Assembly (NCBI GenBank): GCA_036275415.1
Contig: DASUDW010000142.1
Coordinates: 1 to 48,031 of the forward strand
DNA from: Chitinophagaceae bacterium
GTDB lineage: Bacteria; Bacteroidota; Bacteroidia; Chitinophagales; Chitinophagaceae
Reading direction: 5' to 3'
Length of the DNA stretch: 48,031 nt
Made by a program: the position numbers and the translations under genes
Notes under the pieces: generated by a model
What the model was told of the DNA's origin: nothing
The model's input: only the letters and a program-made list of their open reading frames with translations
Database searches by the model: none
In this document: positions 36,081 to 44,644 of the stretch, piece after piece
How positions within the stretch are numbered: position 1 is the first letter of the stretch
How the letters are laid out: each line of letters begins with the position of its first letter

Positions 36081-36350
36081 ATGGCTAAAACATCGGTAAA
36101 GGCCAGGCAGCTGAAAAGGGAAAAAATGGTTGCCCAGTACGCAGCTAAAAGAGAAGAGCTGAAAAAAGCCGGCGATCTGAAAGCACTGGATGAACTGCCG
36201 AAGAATTCTTCTAAAGTTCGTTTAAAGAATCGCTGCCAGTTGACAGGTCGTCCTAAAGGCTATGTACGTTACTTTGGAATTTCCAGGGTGGCATTGCGTG
36301 ATATGGCTTTGAACGGCAAAATTCCCGGTTTGAAAAAAGCAAGCTGGTAA
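36081..36350 (+). CDS. rpsN: 30S ribosomal protein S14 (89-aa, zinc-free type)
   Basis: NRCQLTGRP...ISR...IPGLKKASW; only one Cys. Confidence 0.97.
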   Translation: MAKTSVKARQLKREKMVAQYAAKREELKKAGDLKALDELPKNSSKVRLKNRCQLTGRPKGYVRYFGISRVALRDMALNGKIPGLKKASW

Positions 36351-36424
36351 TCAATCAATTTATTAAAACTAAACTTTTCCAATTATCCCGATAAAATATA
36401 CCGGGACGTAGGAGGGCAAAAAAT

Positions 36425-36823
36425 ATGGTAACAGATCCTATAGCAGATTTCCTGACCCGCATCCGTAACGCACAAATGGCCGGTCACCGTGTAGTTGATA
36501 TCCCCGCTTCTAACCTGAAGAAGCGTATGACGGAGATTTTGTACAACCAGGGTTATATCCTGAAGTATAAATTTGAAGACAACAATAAGCAAGGCATCAT
36601 TAAGATCGCTTTGAAGTATGACCCGGCTACCAAACAGCCTGCCATTCAGAGCATGGAACGTATCAGCCGTCCCGGTTTGCGCCAGTATGCAAAACCGGCC
36701 GAGTTCCGCAGGGTAAAGAGCGGTTTGGGAATCGCCATCATCTCTACTTCTAAAGGGGTGATGACCGATAAAGAAGCAAAGGCCCAGAATGTAGGCGGAG
36801 AAGTACTTTGCTACGTATATTAA
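36425..36823 (+). CDS. rpsH: 30S ribosomal protein S8
   Basis: DPIADFLTRIRNA, SRPGLR, STSKG, GGE. Confidence 0.98.
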   Translation: MVTDPIADFLTRIRNAQMAGHRVVDIPASNLKKRMTEILYNQGYILKYKFEDNNKQGIIKIALKYDPATKQPAIQSMERISRPGLRQYAKPAEFRRVKSGLGIAIISTSKGVMTDKEAKAQNVGGEVLCYVY

Positions 36824-36905
36824 TCAATTAACGTTACTGATACATTAAGCTGAAACTATACTAAGCTGACCGGTCAGTAAATGATAACAAAATAAAAAAT
36901 AGATT

Positions 36906-37460
36906 ATGTCTCGTATAGGAAAAAAACCGGTTGTTGCTCCCAGTGGTGTGACAATTTCAGTCGGAAAGGATAATGTGGTTACAGTTAAAGGCCCGAAAGG
37001 TGAATTGAAGCAGGCCATCGACCGTGATATAGCTGTTGAAATTAAGGATGGACAGATCACATTTGCCCGTCCAACAGATCAGATCCGTCACCGAGCCATG
37101 CATGGCCTTTACCGTTCTCTCATTTCAAATATGGTAAAAGGTGTTACTGATGGTTTTGAAAGAAAACTGGAACTCATCGGTGTAGGTTTCAAAGCAGCCA
37201 ACACGGGTAATGTACTGGATCTCTCTTTGGGTTACTCTCACAACATCATTTTTGAAATACCCAAAGAACTGAAAGTGGCTACCGAGCAATTAAAAGGTCA
37301 GAACCCGATCATTACCCTGGAGGGTATCGACAAGCAATTGATTGGACAGGTAGCTGCCAAATTACGCAGCCTCCGGAAGCCTGAGCCGTACAAAGGAAAA
37401 GGTGTTCGCTATGTAGGTGAAGTAGTACGTAAGAAAGCTGGTAAAGCAGCTGGTAAATAA
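36906..37460 (+). CDS. rplF: 50S ribosomal protein L6
   Basis: MSRIGK, GPKG, PEPYKGKG. Confidence 0.98.
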   Translation: MSRIGKKPVVAPSGVTISVGKDNVVTVKGPKGELKQAIDRDIAVEIKDGQITFARPTDQIRHRAMHGLYRSLISNMVKGVTDGFERKLELIGVGFKAANTGNVLDLSLGYSHNIIFEIPKELKVATEQLKGQNPIITLEGIDKQLIGQVAAKLRSLRKPEPYKGKGVRYVGEVVRKKAGKAAGK

Positions 37461-37588
37461 GGCCGTTGTTTCTCATAAAGGGAAGAAAAGGCACAGATCT
37501 TAAAAAGAGTAAAATAATCAATTAAGTTTCTGGCAGAATCAGAAACGATAAAACGCTCCGCCGGTTGGTGGAATGGGGGTTAAAAAAT

Positions 37589-37948
37589 ATGAATCCGAAA
37601 GTAAAATCACAGAGAAGACAAAATATCCGTTACAGGATCCGCAGAAAGATCAGCGGTGATGCTGCCAAGCCCCGCCTGTCTGTATTCAGGAGTAACAGTG
37701 ATATTTACGCCCAGTTGATCGATGATACAAAAGGGCTCACACTGGCCGCTGCTTCTTCAAGGGACAAGGATATTGCAGCACAAAAGCTCACCAAATCTGA
37801 AAAAAGCAAGCTGGTGGGTGCAGCCATTGCCCGTAAGGCCACAGAACTGGGAATCCAGGATGTAACCTTTGACCGTGGTGGTTATCTCTATCATGGCCGG
37901 GTGAAGTCTGTAGCAGATGGTGCAAGGGAAGGTGGTTTGAAATTCTAA
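37589..37948 (+). CDS. rplR: 50S ribosomal protein L18
   Basis: [29 protein letters not shown]. Confidence 0.97.
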   Translation: MNPKVKSQRRQNIRYRIRRKISGDAAKPRLSVFRSNSDIYAQLIDDTKGLTLAAASSRDKDIAAQKLTKSEKSKLVGAAIARKATELGIQDVTFDRGGYLYHGRVKSVADGAREGGLKF

Positions 37949-37981
37949 TTATTACTATCAAACTTTTAATTACAAGTATAA

Positions 37982-38500
37982 ATGTCAAAGCTTAACGTAA
38001 ACAGGGTAAAAGCCGGTGACCTGGAACTGAAAGACAAAGTGGTTGCCATCAACCGTGTGGTAAAAACTACCAAAGGAGGCCGTGCCTTCAGTTTCTCTGC
38101 ACTGGTAGTGGTGGGTAATGAAAATGGTGTAGTAGGTCATGGTTTAGGCAAAGCCAAAGAAGTACAGGAAGCCATCACCAAGGGAATAGAGGATGCCAAG
38201 AAGAACCTCATTAAAGTTCCGGTGATGAAAGGGACCATTCCCCATGATCAGTGGGCCAAAGAAGGAGCTGCCAAGGTACTTATCAAGCCAGCTGCACATG
38301 GTACCGGTGTAATTGCCGGAGGTTCTATGCGTGCTGTGCTGGAAGCGGCGGGTGTAACCGATGTGTTGGCCAAATCACTGGGTTCTGCCAATCCGCACAA
38401 CGTGGTAAAAGCCACTTTCAAGGCATTGGCCATGCTGCGTGAGCCGGTTTCAGTTGCCAAAACCCGTACACTTGGTCTGAAGAAAGTATTTAATGGTTGA
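37982..38500 (+). CDS. rpsE: 30S ribosomal protein S5
   Basis: [26 protein letters not shown]. Confidence 0.98.
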   Translation: MSKLNVNRVKAGDLELKDKVVAINRVVKTTKGGRAFSFSALVVVGNENGVVGHGLGKAKEVQEAITKGIEDAKKNLIKVPVMKGTIPHDQWAKEGAAKVLIKPAAHGTGVIAGGSMRAVLEAAGVTDVLAKSLGSANPHNVVKATFKALAMLREPVSVAKTRTLGLKKVFNG

Positions 38501-38587
38501 TACTGGTTACTGGCTACTTTTTTCCGGTAAGGAAAATTGTAATCAATTCATTTAACCAGTAACAAGAAACTAGTAACAAGCAACGAG
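38501..38587. repeat. Inverted degenerate heptamer arrays
   Basis: TACTGGT TACTGGC TACT ... AACCAGT AACAAGA AACTAGT AACAAGC AACGAG. Confidence 0.65.
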
Positions 38588-38589
38588 AT

Positions 38590-38772
38590 ATGAAAAAGAT
38601 AAAGATCACTTTAGTAAAGAGCCCGATTGACAGGCCTGAGCGTCAAAAGCTGACCGTACAGGCTTTAGGTCTTAATAAAACCAACTCTTCGAAAGAAGTG
38701 GAGGCTACTCCCCAGATCATGGGTATGCTCCGTAAGGTTACCCACCTGGTGAAGGTGGAAGAAGTGAAGTAA
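38590..38772 (+). CDS. rpmD: 50S ribosomal protein L30
   Basis: [24 protein letters not shown]. Confidence 0.97.
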   Translation: MKKIKITLVKSPIDRPERQKLTVQALGLNKTNSSKEVEATPQIMGMLRKVTHLVKVEEVK

Positions 38773-38847
38773 TAACCGCTTCTGGTAAAAAAAAATCATA
38801 TGCGAGCCCCGACGCTTTTGGGGCGATGAGTAAAAAATAAAAGCAAC

Positions 38848-39297
38848 ATGAAATTACATGAATTAAGGCCAGCCAAAGGCGCAACACACAAAGAAAAACG
38901 TATTGGTCGTGGTGATGGATCCGGACATGGCGGAACATCTACCAAAGGAACAAAAGGTGCACAAAGCCGTGCCGGTTTTAAAAACAAGATGGCCCATGAA
39001 GGCGGCCAGATGCCGATTCAGCGCCGTATCCCCAAACGTGGTTTCAAAAACCCCCACCGTGTAGAATACAAAGTTTTCAATCTCGGACAGATCGAACAAC
39101 TGGCAGAGAAATACAATTTCTCCGAAGTATCACTCGAGAACCTTTATATCAACGGCCTGGTAAACCAGAAAGACAAGGTAAAGATCCTCGGTAACGGAGA
39201 AATCAAGGGCAAGTTTACTTTCCGTGTAAATGCTGTAAGTGATAAAGCCAAAACTGCGATTGAAGCAGCCGGCGGATCAGTCGAAATAGTGAAGTAA
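38848..39297 (+). CDS. rplO: 50S ribosomal protein L15
   Basis: RIGRG, EGGQMP, PKRGF, KILGNG. Confidence 0.98.
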   Translation: MKLHELRPAKGATHKEKRIGRGDGSGHGGTSTKGTKGAQSRAGFKNKMAHEGGQMPIQRRIPKRGFKNPHRVEYKVFNLGQIEQLAEKYNFSEVSLENLYINGLVNQKDKVKILGNGEIKGKFTFRVNAVSDKAKTAIEAAGGSVEIVK

Positions 39298-39314
39298 AAT
39301 CACTAATTTGCAGC

Positions 39315-39337
39315 GACGCATGAAACATGCGTCTTTT
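39315..39337 (+). terminator. Terminator-like hairpin between rplO and secY
   Basis: GACGCATG-aaa-CATGCGTC plus TTTT. Confidence 0.5.
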
Positions 39338-39372
39338 ATGTTTTAAGAGTACTTAAACTATTATTAATTCCC

Positions 39373-40707
39373 GTGAAGAAATTAATACAGACACTCAAAA
39401 ATATCTGGAGCATTGAAGAGCTGCGCGGCAAGATATTGTTCACCCTGATGATGATCGCCATTTACAGGGTGGGTACACATATTGTACTGCCGGGCATTGA
39501 CCCCAATGCACTTGAAGGCGGTAAGAACAGTACCGGTATCTTAGGATTGATCGATGCGTTCTCCGGTGGCGCCTTTAACCAGGCCTCCATTTTCGCATTG
39601 GGTATCATGCCTTATATCTCTGCGTCTATCTTCATGCAGCTGATGACCGTACTGGTCCCCCGTTTCCAGAAAATGCAGAAAGAAGGTGAAAGCGGCCGTA
39701 AAAAAATCAACCAGTATACCCGCTACCTTACAGTAGCAGTAACTATCCTGCAGGCTTCTGCCTATGTAACTTATCTGCGTGGTATGACGCAGGCTGGCGG
39801 CATTATGCCGGCCTATGCCAATTATTTCTGGCTCTCTACCGTAGTTATTCTTACAGCGGGCACCCTGTTTGTTATGTGGATGGGTGAAAAGATTACCGAC
39901 AAAGGTTTAGGTAACGGTACTTCACTGATCATTATGATCGGTATCCTGGCCCGTTTGCCACAATCATTCCTCCAGGAGTTGAGTGCCAAATCTGTTCGTA
40001 ACGGACAAATCCTGGTATTCATTGTTGAAATCGCCATCCTGATCGCAATAATTATGGGTTGTATCCTGCTGATACAGGGTGTAAGAAAAGTGCCCGTTAA
40101 CTATGCCAAGCAAATTGTAGGTAACCGCCAGTTTGGTGGTGCCAGGCAATTCCTGCCGCTGAAAGTAAACAGCGCCGGTGTAATGCCTATCATCTTTGCC
40201 CAGGCTATCATTTTTATACCAACCATTTTTGCCAACTTTAACCCTACGGGTGGCGGCAGTTTTCTGCGGGCATTGAATGACCACAGCAATGTTTGGTATA
40301 TGCTGATCTATTCTATTGTAGTAATAGGATTTACTTTCCTTTACACAGCTTTAATATTTAATCCCAAGCAGATTGCTGATAACCTGAAGCAAAATAATGG
40401 TTTCATTCCCGGCGTAAAACCCGGACAGCCTACGGCTGATTATATTGGAGCGATTATGGATAAGATCACCCTGCCCGGTGCCATTTTACTGGCCTTTGTA
40501 GGTATCCTGCCAGGTATTGCTCAGCGCTTTGGGGTTACACAGCAATTCTCAACCTTCTTCGGTGGGACCTCACTGCTGATCATGGTGGGTGTTATCCTTG
40601 ATACCTTGCAGCAGATTGAAACGCAATTGCTGATGCGCCAATACGATGGCCTGATGAAGAGCGGACGTATCCAGGGCAGACAAACTACTTCTGCCGTTCA
40701 GATGTAA
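39373..40707 (+). CDS. secY: Preprotein translocase subunit SecY
   Basis: SIFALGIMPYISASI, GLGNGTS, AGVMPIIFA, IPGVKPG, GGTSLLI; GTG start. Confidence 0.98.
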   Translation: MKKLIQTLKNIWSIEELRGKILFTLMMIAIYRVGTHIVLPGIDPNALEGGKNSTGILGLIDAFSGGAFNQASIFALGIMPYISASIFMQLMTVLVPRFQKMQKEGESGRKKINQYTRYLTVAVTILQASAYVTYLRGMTQAGGIMPAYANYFWLSTVVILTAGTLFVMWMGEKITDKGLGNGTSLIIMIGILARLPQSFLQELSAKSVRNGQILVFIVEIAILIAIIMGCILLIQGVRKVPVNYAKQIVGNRQFGGARQFLPLKVNSAGVMPIIFAQAIIFIPTIFANFNPTGGGSFLRALNDHSNVWYMLIYSIVVIGFTFLYTALIFNPKQIADNLKQNNGFIPGVKPGQPTADYIGAIMDKITLPGAILLAFVGILPGIAQRFGVTQQFSTFFGGTSLLIMVGVILDTLQQIETQLLMRQYDGLMKSGRIQGRQTTSAVQM

Positions 40708-40726
40708 TTATAAAACCAATAATAGC

Positions 40727-40763
40727 AGACCCGGTAAGCCAAACTTGCCGGGTCTTATTTTTT
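40727..40763 (+). terminator. Intrinsic terminator after secY
   Basis: AGACCCGGTAAG-ccaaa-CTTGCCGGGTCT followed by TA and a T tract. Confidence 0.75.
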
Positions 40764-40781
40764 AAAGATATTTGCAGGGTT

Positions 40782-41597
40782 ATGATGATCTGTAAAACAA
40801 ATGAGCAGGTAGAGCAGATGCGGCAAAGCGCCTTACTGGTGAGTAAGACGCTGACCGAAGTAGCCGGGATGCTGAAGCCGGGTATTACCACCATTTCCAT
40901 CGATAAAATGATCGGTGCATTCATCAGGGATCATCATGCCGTTCCCTCTTTTCTGAACTATCACGGTTATCCTTATAACTCCTGTATATCGGTAAACGAT
41001 GTAGTGGTACATGGTTTCCCCGGTCATAACGAACTGAAAGAAGGTGATATCATTTCTGTGGATGTTGGTGTGATATTGAACGGATGGCATGGTGACCACG
41101 CCTATACTTTTGCAATTGGTGACCCCGGTCCGGAGATAATGGAGCTCATCCGGGTGACAAAAGAATCGTTATATATAGGCATTGAAAAAGCTGTTGCAGG
41201 TAACAGGGTGGGGGATATCTCCTTTGCCATTCAGGAATATACAGAAAGAAAGCATGGCTATGGTGTAGTAAGGGAACTGGTTGGGCATGGCCTCGGTAAA
41301 AACCTGCATGAAGATCCGCAGGTGCCTAATTATGGAAAAAGGGGAACCGGTGCCAAATTGAAGGAAGGGCTGGTGCTGGCTATTGAGCCCATGATCAATA
41401 TGGGTACAAAAGATGTTTATACTGAATCAGATGGCTGGACGGTGAGAACCAAAGACGGAAAGCCATCCGTTCATTTTGAACACGATGTATGTGTTCGAAA
41501 AAACAAGGCGGATATTCTTTCCAGCTATACAACCATTGAGGAAGAAGAACGGAAAAATCCCTCTCTTTTTACGGCGGCAAAGCAGGCCGTTCTATAA
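40782..41597 (+). CDS. map: Methionine aminopeptidase type I
   Basis: CISVNDVVVHG, GDIISVD, GHGLG..LHEDP, AIEPMIN, HFEHDV. Confidence 0.96.
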   Translation: MMICKTNEQVEQMRQSALLVSKTLTEVAGMLKPGITTISIDKMIGAFIRDHHAVPSFLNYHGYPYNSCISVNDVVVHGFPGHNELKEGDIISVDVGVILNGWHGDHAYTFAIGDPGPEIMELIRVTKESLYIGIEKAVAGNRVGDISFAIQEYTERKHGYGVVRELVGHGLGKNLHEDPQVPNYGKRGTGAKLKEGLVLAIEPMINMGTKDVYTESDGWTVRTKDGKPSVHFEHDVCVRKNKADILSSYTTIEEEERKNPSLFTAAKQAVL

Positions 41598-42182
41598 TAC
41601 CCGGTATTTCATCTCCACCCGGTGGTCTTGCCAGATTTCCTGCGGACTGATATATGTATCATTCAGGCGAAAAACAATGCCTGCTTTTGCAAAGGCATCC
41701 CTTACCAGTTCGGAACAGATATAGCTTTTGTTTTTTTCCTTTTTCCCTATTCGGAAAAGTATCCTTGTCATGATGCGGATGATCTCCCAGTTATCATAAG
41801 GGCGGGTCAGTTCATCAAGGCCGAAGCTGATGGCTTTATTAAGTCTTGGTTTTTCCAGTTCAAAATTGAGTTTGCACAGAACTACCTGTCCTTTGTAAGG
41901 CCTCCGGGAGCCTTTATAATCTTTCAAATATTTGGATAACGGTATTAAACGGATGCCAATTCTTGGCTCTGCTTCCAGCACCATTACTCTTCCCAGCTCT
42001 TCATCTTTATAAATAATGGCTACATGGCTCCAGGCACTTTTGGTGAGCCGCTGAATGATGCCGGAAAACAAATAGCTGCCAGAACTGAAGAATATATCAC
42101 CGGTCTTTAATTGCTCCCTTATTTTTTCATAGGGTATTACGGGTAATGACTTTATCTGCTGCTTTGTAATTACATCTGCCAT
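41592..42182 (-). CDS. Permuted papain-like NlpC/P60 enzyme (YiiX/YebB, C92-like)
   Basis: LKTGDIFF, WSHVAI (His), PYD, YICSELV (Cys after His), SPQ. Confidence 0.8.
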   Translation of the reverse strand: MADVITKQQIKSLPVIPYEKIREQLKTGDIFFSSGSYLFSGIIQRLTKSAWSHVAIIYKDEELGRVMVLEAEPRIGIRLIPLSKYLKDYKGSRRPYKGQVVLCKLNFELEKPRLNKAISFGLDELTRPYDNWEIIRIMTRILFRIGKKEKNKSYICSELVRDAFAKAGIVFRLNDTYISPQEIWQDHRVEMKYRVL

Positions 42183-42230
42183 GTGCCGAACTTAGTGAAA
42201 ATTCGTATTTCTTTGTATAAATGACCCCCG

Positions 42231-43472
42231 TTGGCTAAGAAATTAATTGTTATTGGCGGCGGCGCCGCAGGTATTTTCTGTGCAGTAAATGCTGCCAGGT
42301 TAAATCCAGGACTGAAAGTTATTGTAATGGAAAAAACAGGCAAGCTGCTTTCAAAAGTAAAAGTAAGCGGCGGGGGAAGATGCAATGTTACCCATGCTTG
42401 CTTTGATATAGCAGAGATGAGTAAGCATTACCCCAGGGGAAGCAACTTTGTTAAAAAAGCCTTTTATACATTTTTTACTTCCGATACGATAAGCTGGTTT
42501 GAAGAAAGAGGGGTAAAGCTTAAGACTGAAGCTGACGGAAGGATGTTTCCGGTTAGCAACTCATCACAAACTATTATAGATTGTTTGCTGAAAGAAGCAG
42601 CAAGGTATGAAGTAGAAATATTGCTGAATACTGAAGTGAATGCAATCAGTCATCGGCATGAGTTATTTGAGCTGCACATTGCCGGCCGGGAACCGATATC
42701 TGCAGCATATTTATGCGTTGCGACAGGAGGCTATCCAAAATCAGCGATGTTTGAATGGTTGAAAAAAACAGGACATGCCATCGAAGAACCGGTTCCTTCC
42801 TTATTTACTTTTAATCTTCCCCGGCATCCGATCTGTGAACTGATGGGCATAAGTGTTGCAAATGTCAAAGTGAAAATATTGCATACAAAACTGGAAGAAA
42901 ATGGTCCGATACTCATTACTCACTGGGGGCTAAGCGGTCCTGTTATTTTACGGTTAAGTGCCTGGGGTGCCCGGCAATTAGCATCTTTGTCATATGATTT
43001 TACAATCGGTATTAACTGGTTGTATGAAAAGGATTATAATGATAGTTCGTTAAGGGAGCTATTTTCTTCTTTCAGGGAGTTTCATTCATCCAGAAAGATC
43101 GCTACTTACAATTTTGCTGAGCTGCCCAACCGGTTATGGCTTTTTCTGCTTTCCGTTTCTGGCGTTACATCAGATATGCGTTTTGGCGACCTGCCGAAAA
43201 AAGCAGAGAACCTGCTGATTAAAAACCTTGCAGACTATACAGTGCAGGTAAAAGGAAAAACAACTTTTAAGGAAGAGTTTGTAACAGCCGGGGGTATTGC
43301 ATTAGCTGAAATAGATCATCAGACCATGATGAGTAAAAAACTATCCGGATTGTTTTTTGCCGGTGAGGTGATGGATGTAGATGGCATTACCGGCGGGTTT
43401 AATTTTCAGCATGCCTGGACCAGCGGTTTTGTTGCTGCGAATGCCATAGCAAAAATGGCATCAGCAATTTAA
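42231..43472 (+). CDS. HI0933/BaiN-family flavoprotein (YhiN/RdsA-like)
   Basis: GGGAAG, KVKVSGGGRCNVT, GRMFP, THWGLSGP, VTAGG, GEVMDVDGITGGFNFQ; TTG start. Confidence 0.92.
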   Translation: MAKKLIVIGGGAAGIFCAVNAARLNPGLKVIVMEKTGKLLSKVKVSGGGRCNVTHACFDIAEMSKHYPRGSNFVKKAFYTFFTSDTISWFEERGVKLKTEADGRMFPVSNSSQTIIDCLLKEAARYEVEILLNTEVNAISHRHELFELHIAGREPISAAYLCVATGGYPKSAMFEWLKKTGHAIEEPVPSLFTFNLPRHPICELMGISVANVKVKILHTKLEENGPILITHWGLSGPVILRLSAWGARQLASLSYDFTIGINWLYEKDYNDSSLRELFSSFREFHSSRKIATYNFAELPNRLWLFLLSVSGVTSDMRFGDLPKKAENLLIKNLADYTVQVKGKTTFKEEFVTAGGIALAEIDHQTMMSKKLSGLFFAGEVMDVDGITGGFNFQHAWTSGFVAANAIAKMASAI

Positions 43473-44431
43473 ATTTTCTGCTCCTTCCATTGTACGCAGG
43501 CCCATGCAGTAATAGGTAGCAACAATAGTAAACCAGTAAACCACCAGCAGCCGGTGATAGCAATTATTATAGTTGTAACCAGCAACAGGTAAAGCGGGTA
43601 GGTTAACAATAAGATGGAGATTAAAACAGAGTCATAATGATCTGTATTTTTTGTTTTAGCCTTAGTAAAAGTTTTTACAGGCATAAACAAAGGCAGGTGG
43701 AAAAGCCATCCCGTAATGGCAGGTATGCTAAGGATTAATTTTTTTAACCAGTGGGTTTTTGTCCCAAATGTTTTTTTAATGCCTTCATGATCTGTTTTTG
43801 GGATCTCATATACCAGTTTCTCCAGTTCATTTTTAAGCCGGTTGTTAAAAGCAATGTTCCTTTGCCCGTCTGCTGCTTCTGCAATTATATCTGTTGCAAG
43901 AATAGGCTCCCCAAAATTCAGCTTAATGGTTTTACCAAACCGGGTGAAGGAGCTATAGTTAATACCCACCGGTAAAACCTTTAAGGGAATATTTTCATCC
44001 CAGGCTTTAATAGCCAGCCGGGCTGTTCCCTTTTTAAGGGGACGCAAATGCCATTCATTGATGCATTTGCCTTCACTGTAAATGGTGATGACCCCGTTTT
44101 TTTTAAACAAGGCGATGCAATCATCAAACGTTTTATAGTTTTCCGATAAATTCTCAACACCCTCACTTGTACGGTAAACCGGTAATATTTTCATTGCTTT
44201 CAGCCACCTGCTATAGGTTGTGTTTTTGAAAGCATCGCCTCTTGCCAATGACCATACAGGCTGCTCAAAAATGGTATTCAATAATACAGAGTCCAGGAAA
44301 GAATTGGGATGGTTGCTTGCCAATAACAAGGGTCCTTTTTCTTGTAAAAATCCGGGACGGTTAATGATAAGGTGGCGACACCAAATTGGAAGGGCAAGGC
44401 GGGAGAGGATCTTGAGAAAACGGTACAGCAA
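43469..44431 (-). CDS. PlsC-type acyltransferase with C-terminal TM helices
   Basis: NHPNSFLD (HX4D), PVYR, YSEG, KKGTAR; start codon uncertain. Confidence 0.85.
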   Translation of the reverse strand: MLYRFLKILSRLALPIWCRHLIINRPGFLQEKGPLLLASNHPNSFLDSVLLNTIFEQPVWSLARGDAFKNTTYSRWLKAMKILPVYRTSEGVENLSENYKTFDDCIALFKKNGVITIYSEGKCINEWHLRPLKKGTARLAIKAWDENIPLKVLPVGINYSSFTRFGKTIKLNFGEPILATDIIAEAADGQRNIAFNNRLKNELEKLVYEIPKTDHEGIKKTFGTKTHWLKKLILSIPAITGWLFHLPLFMPVKTFTKAKTKNTDHYDSVLISILLLTYPLYLLLVTTIIIAITGCWWFTGLLLLLPITAWACVQWKEQKI

Positions 44432-44585
44432 CAGGTATTTTTCGTGAATATAGCAATAATTACAGATGAGGAGCGAACGGGACCCTGAACGGAGCGTCGC
44501 AAGGGACGTAAAATCAAGGCGTTGGAGCAGGGCTCCTTATCTAAAAAAACAAGCAGTTTCAGGTCCTAAAACGGGAAGTATGACT

Positions 44586-44593
44586 TATCTTTG
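44586..44593 (+). promoter_or_regulatory. -7 promoter element for rpsA
   Basis: TATCTTTG followed by CCGCCCC. Confidence 0.65.
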
Positions 44594-44644
44594 CCGCCCC
44601 GATCCCGATAGCTATTGGGAATTAAACCCCGGGACTATTTTATC

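Noticed and set aside
36081-36350. Zinc-free S14 as a zinc-starvation paralog
   Set aside because: It is the in-operon copy, and the 89-aa Cys-poor form is ordinary for Bacteroidota
44466-44540. GA-rich stretch (GAGGAGCGAACGGGACCCTGAACGGAGCG) as an IS end or small ORF
   Set aside because: No partner inverted repeat, target duplication or transposase found; cannot be supported
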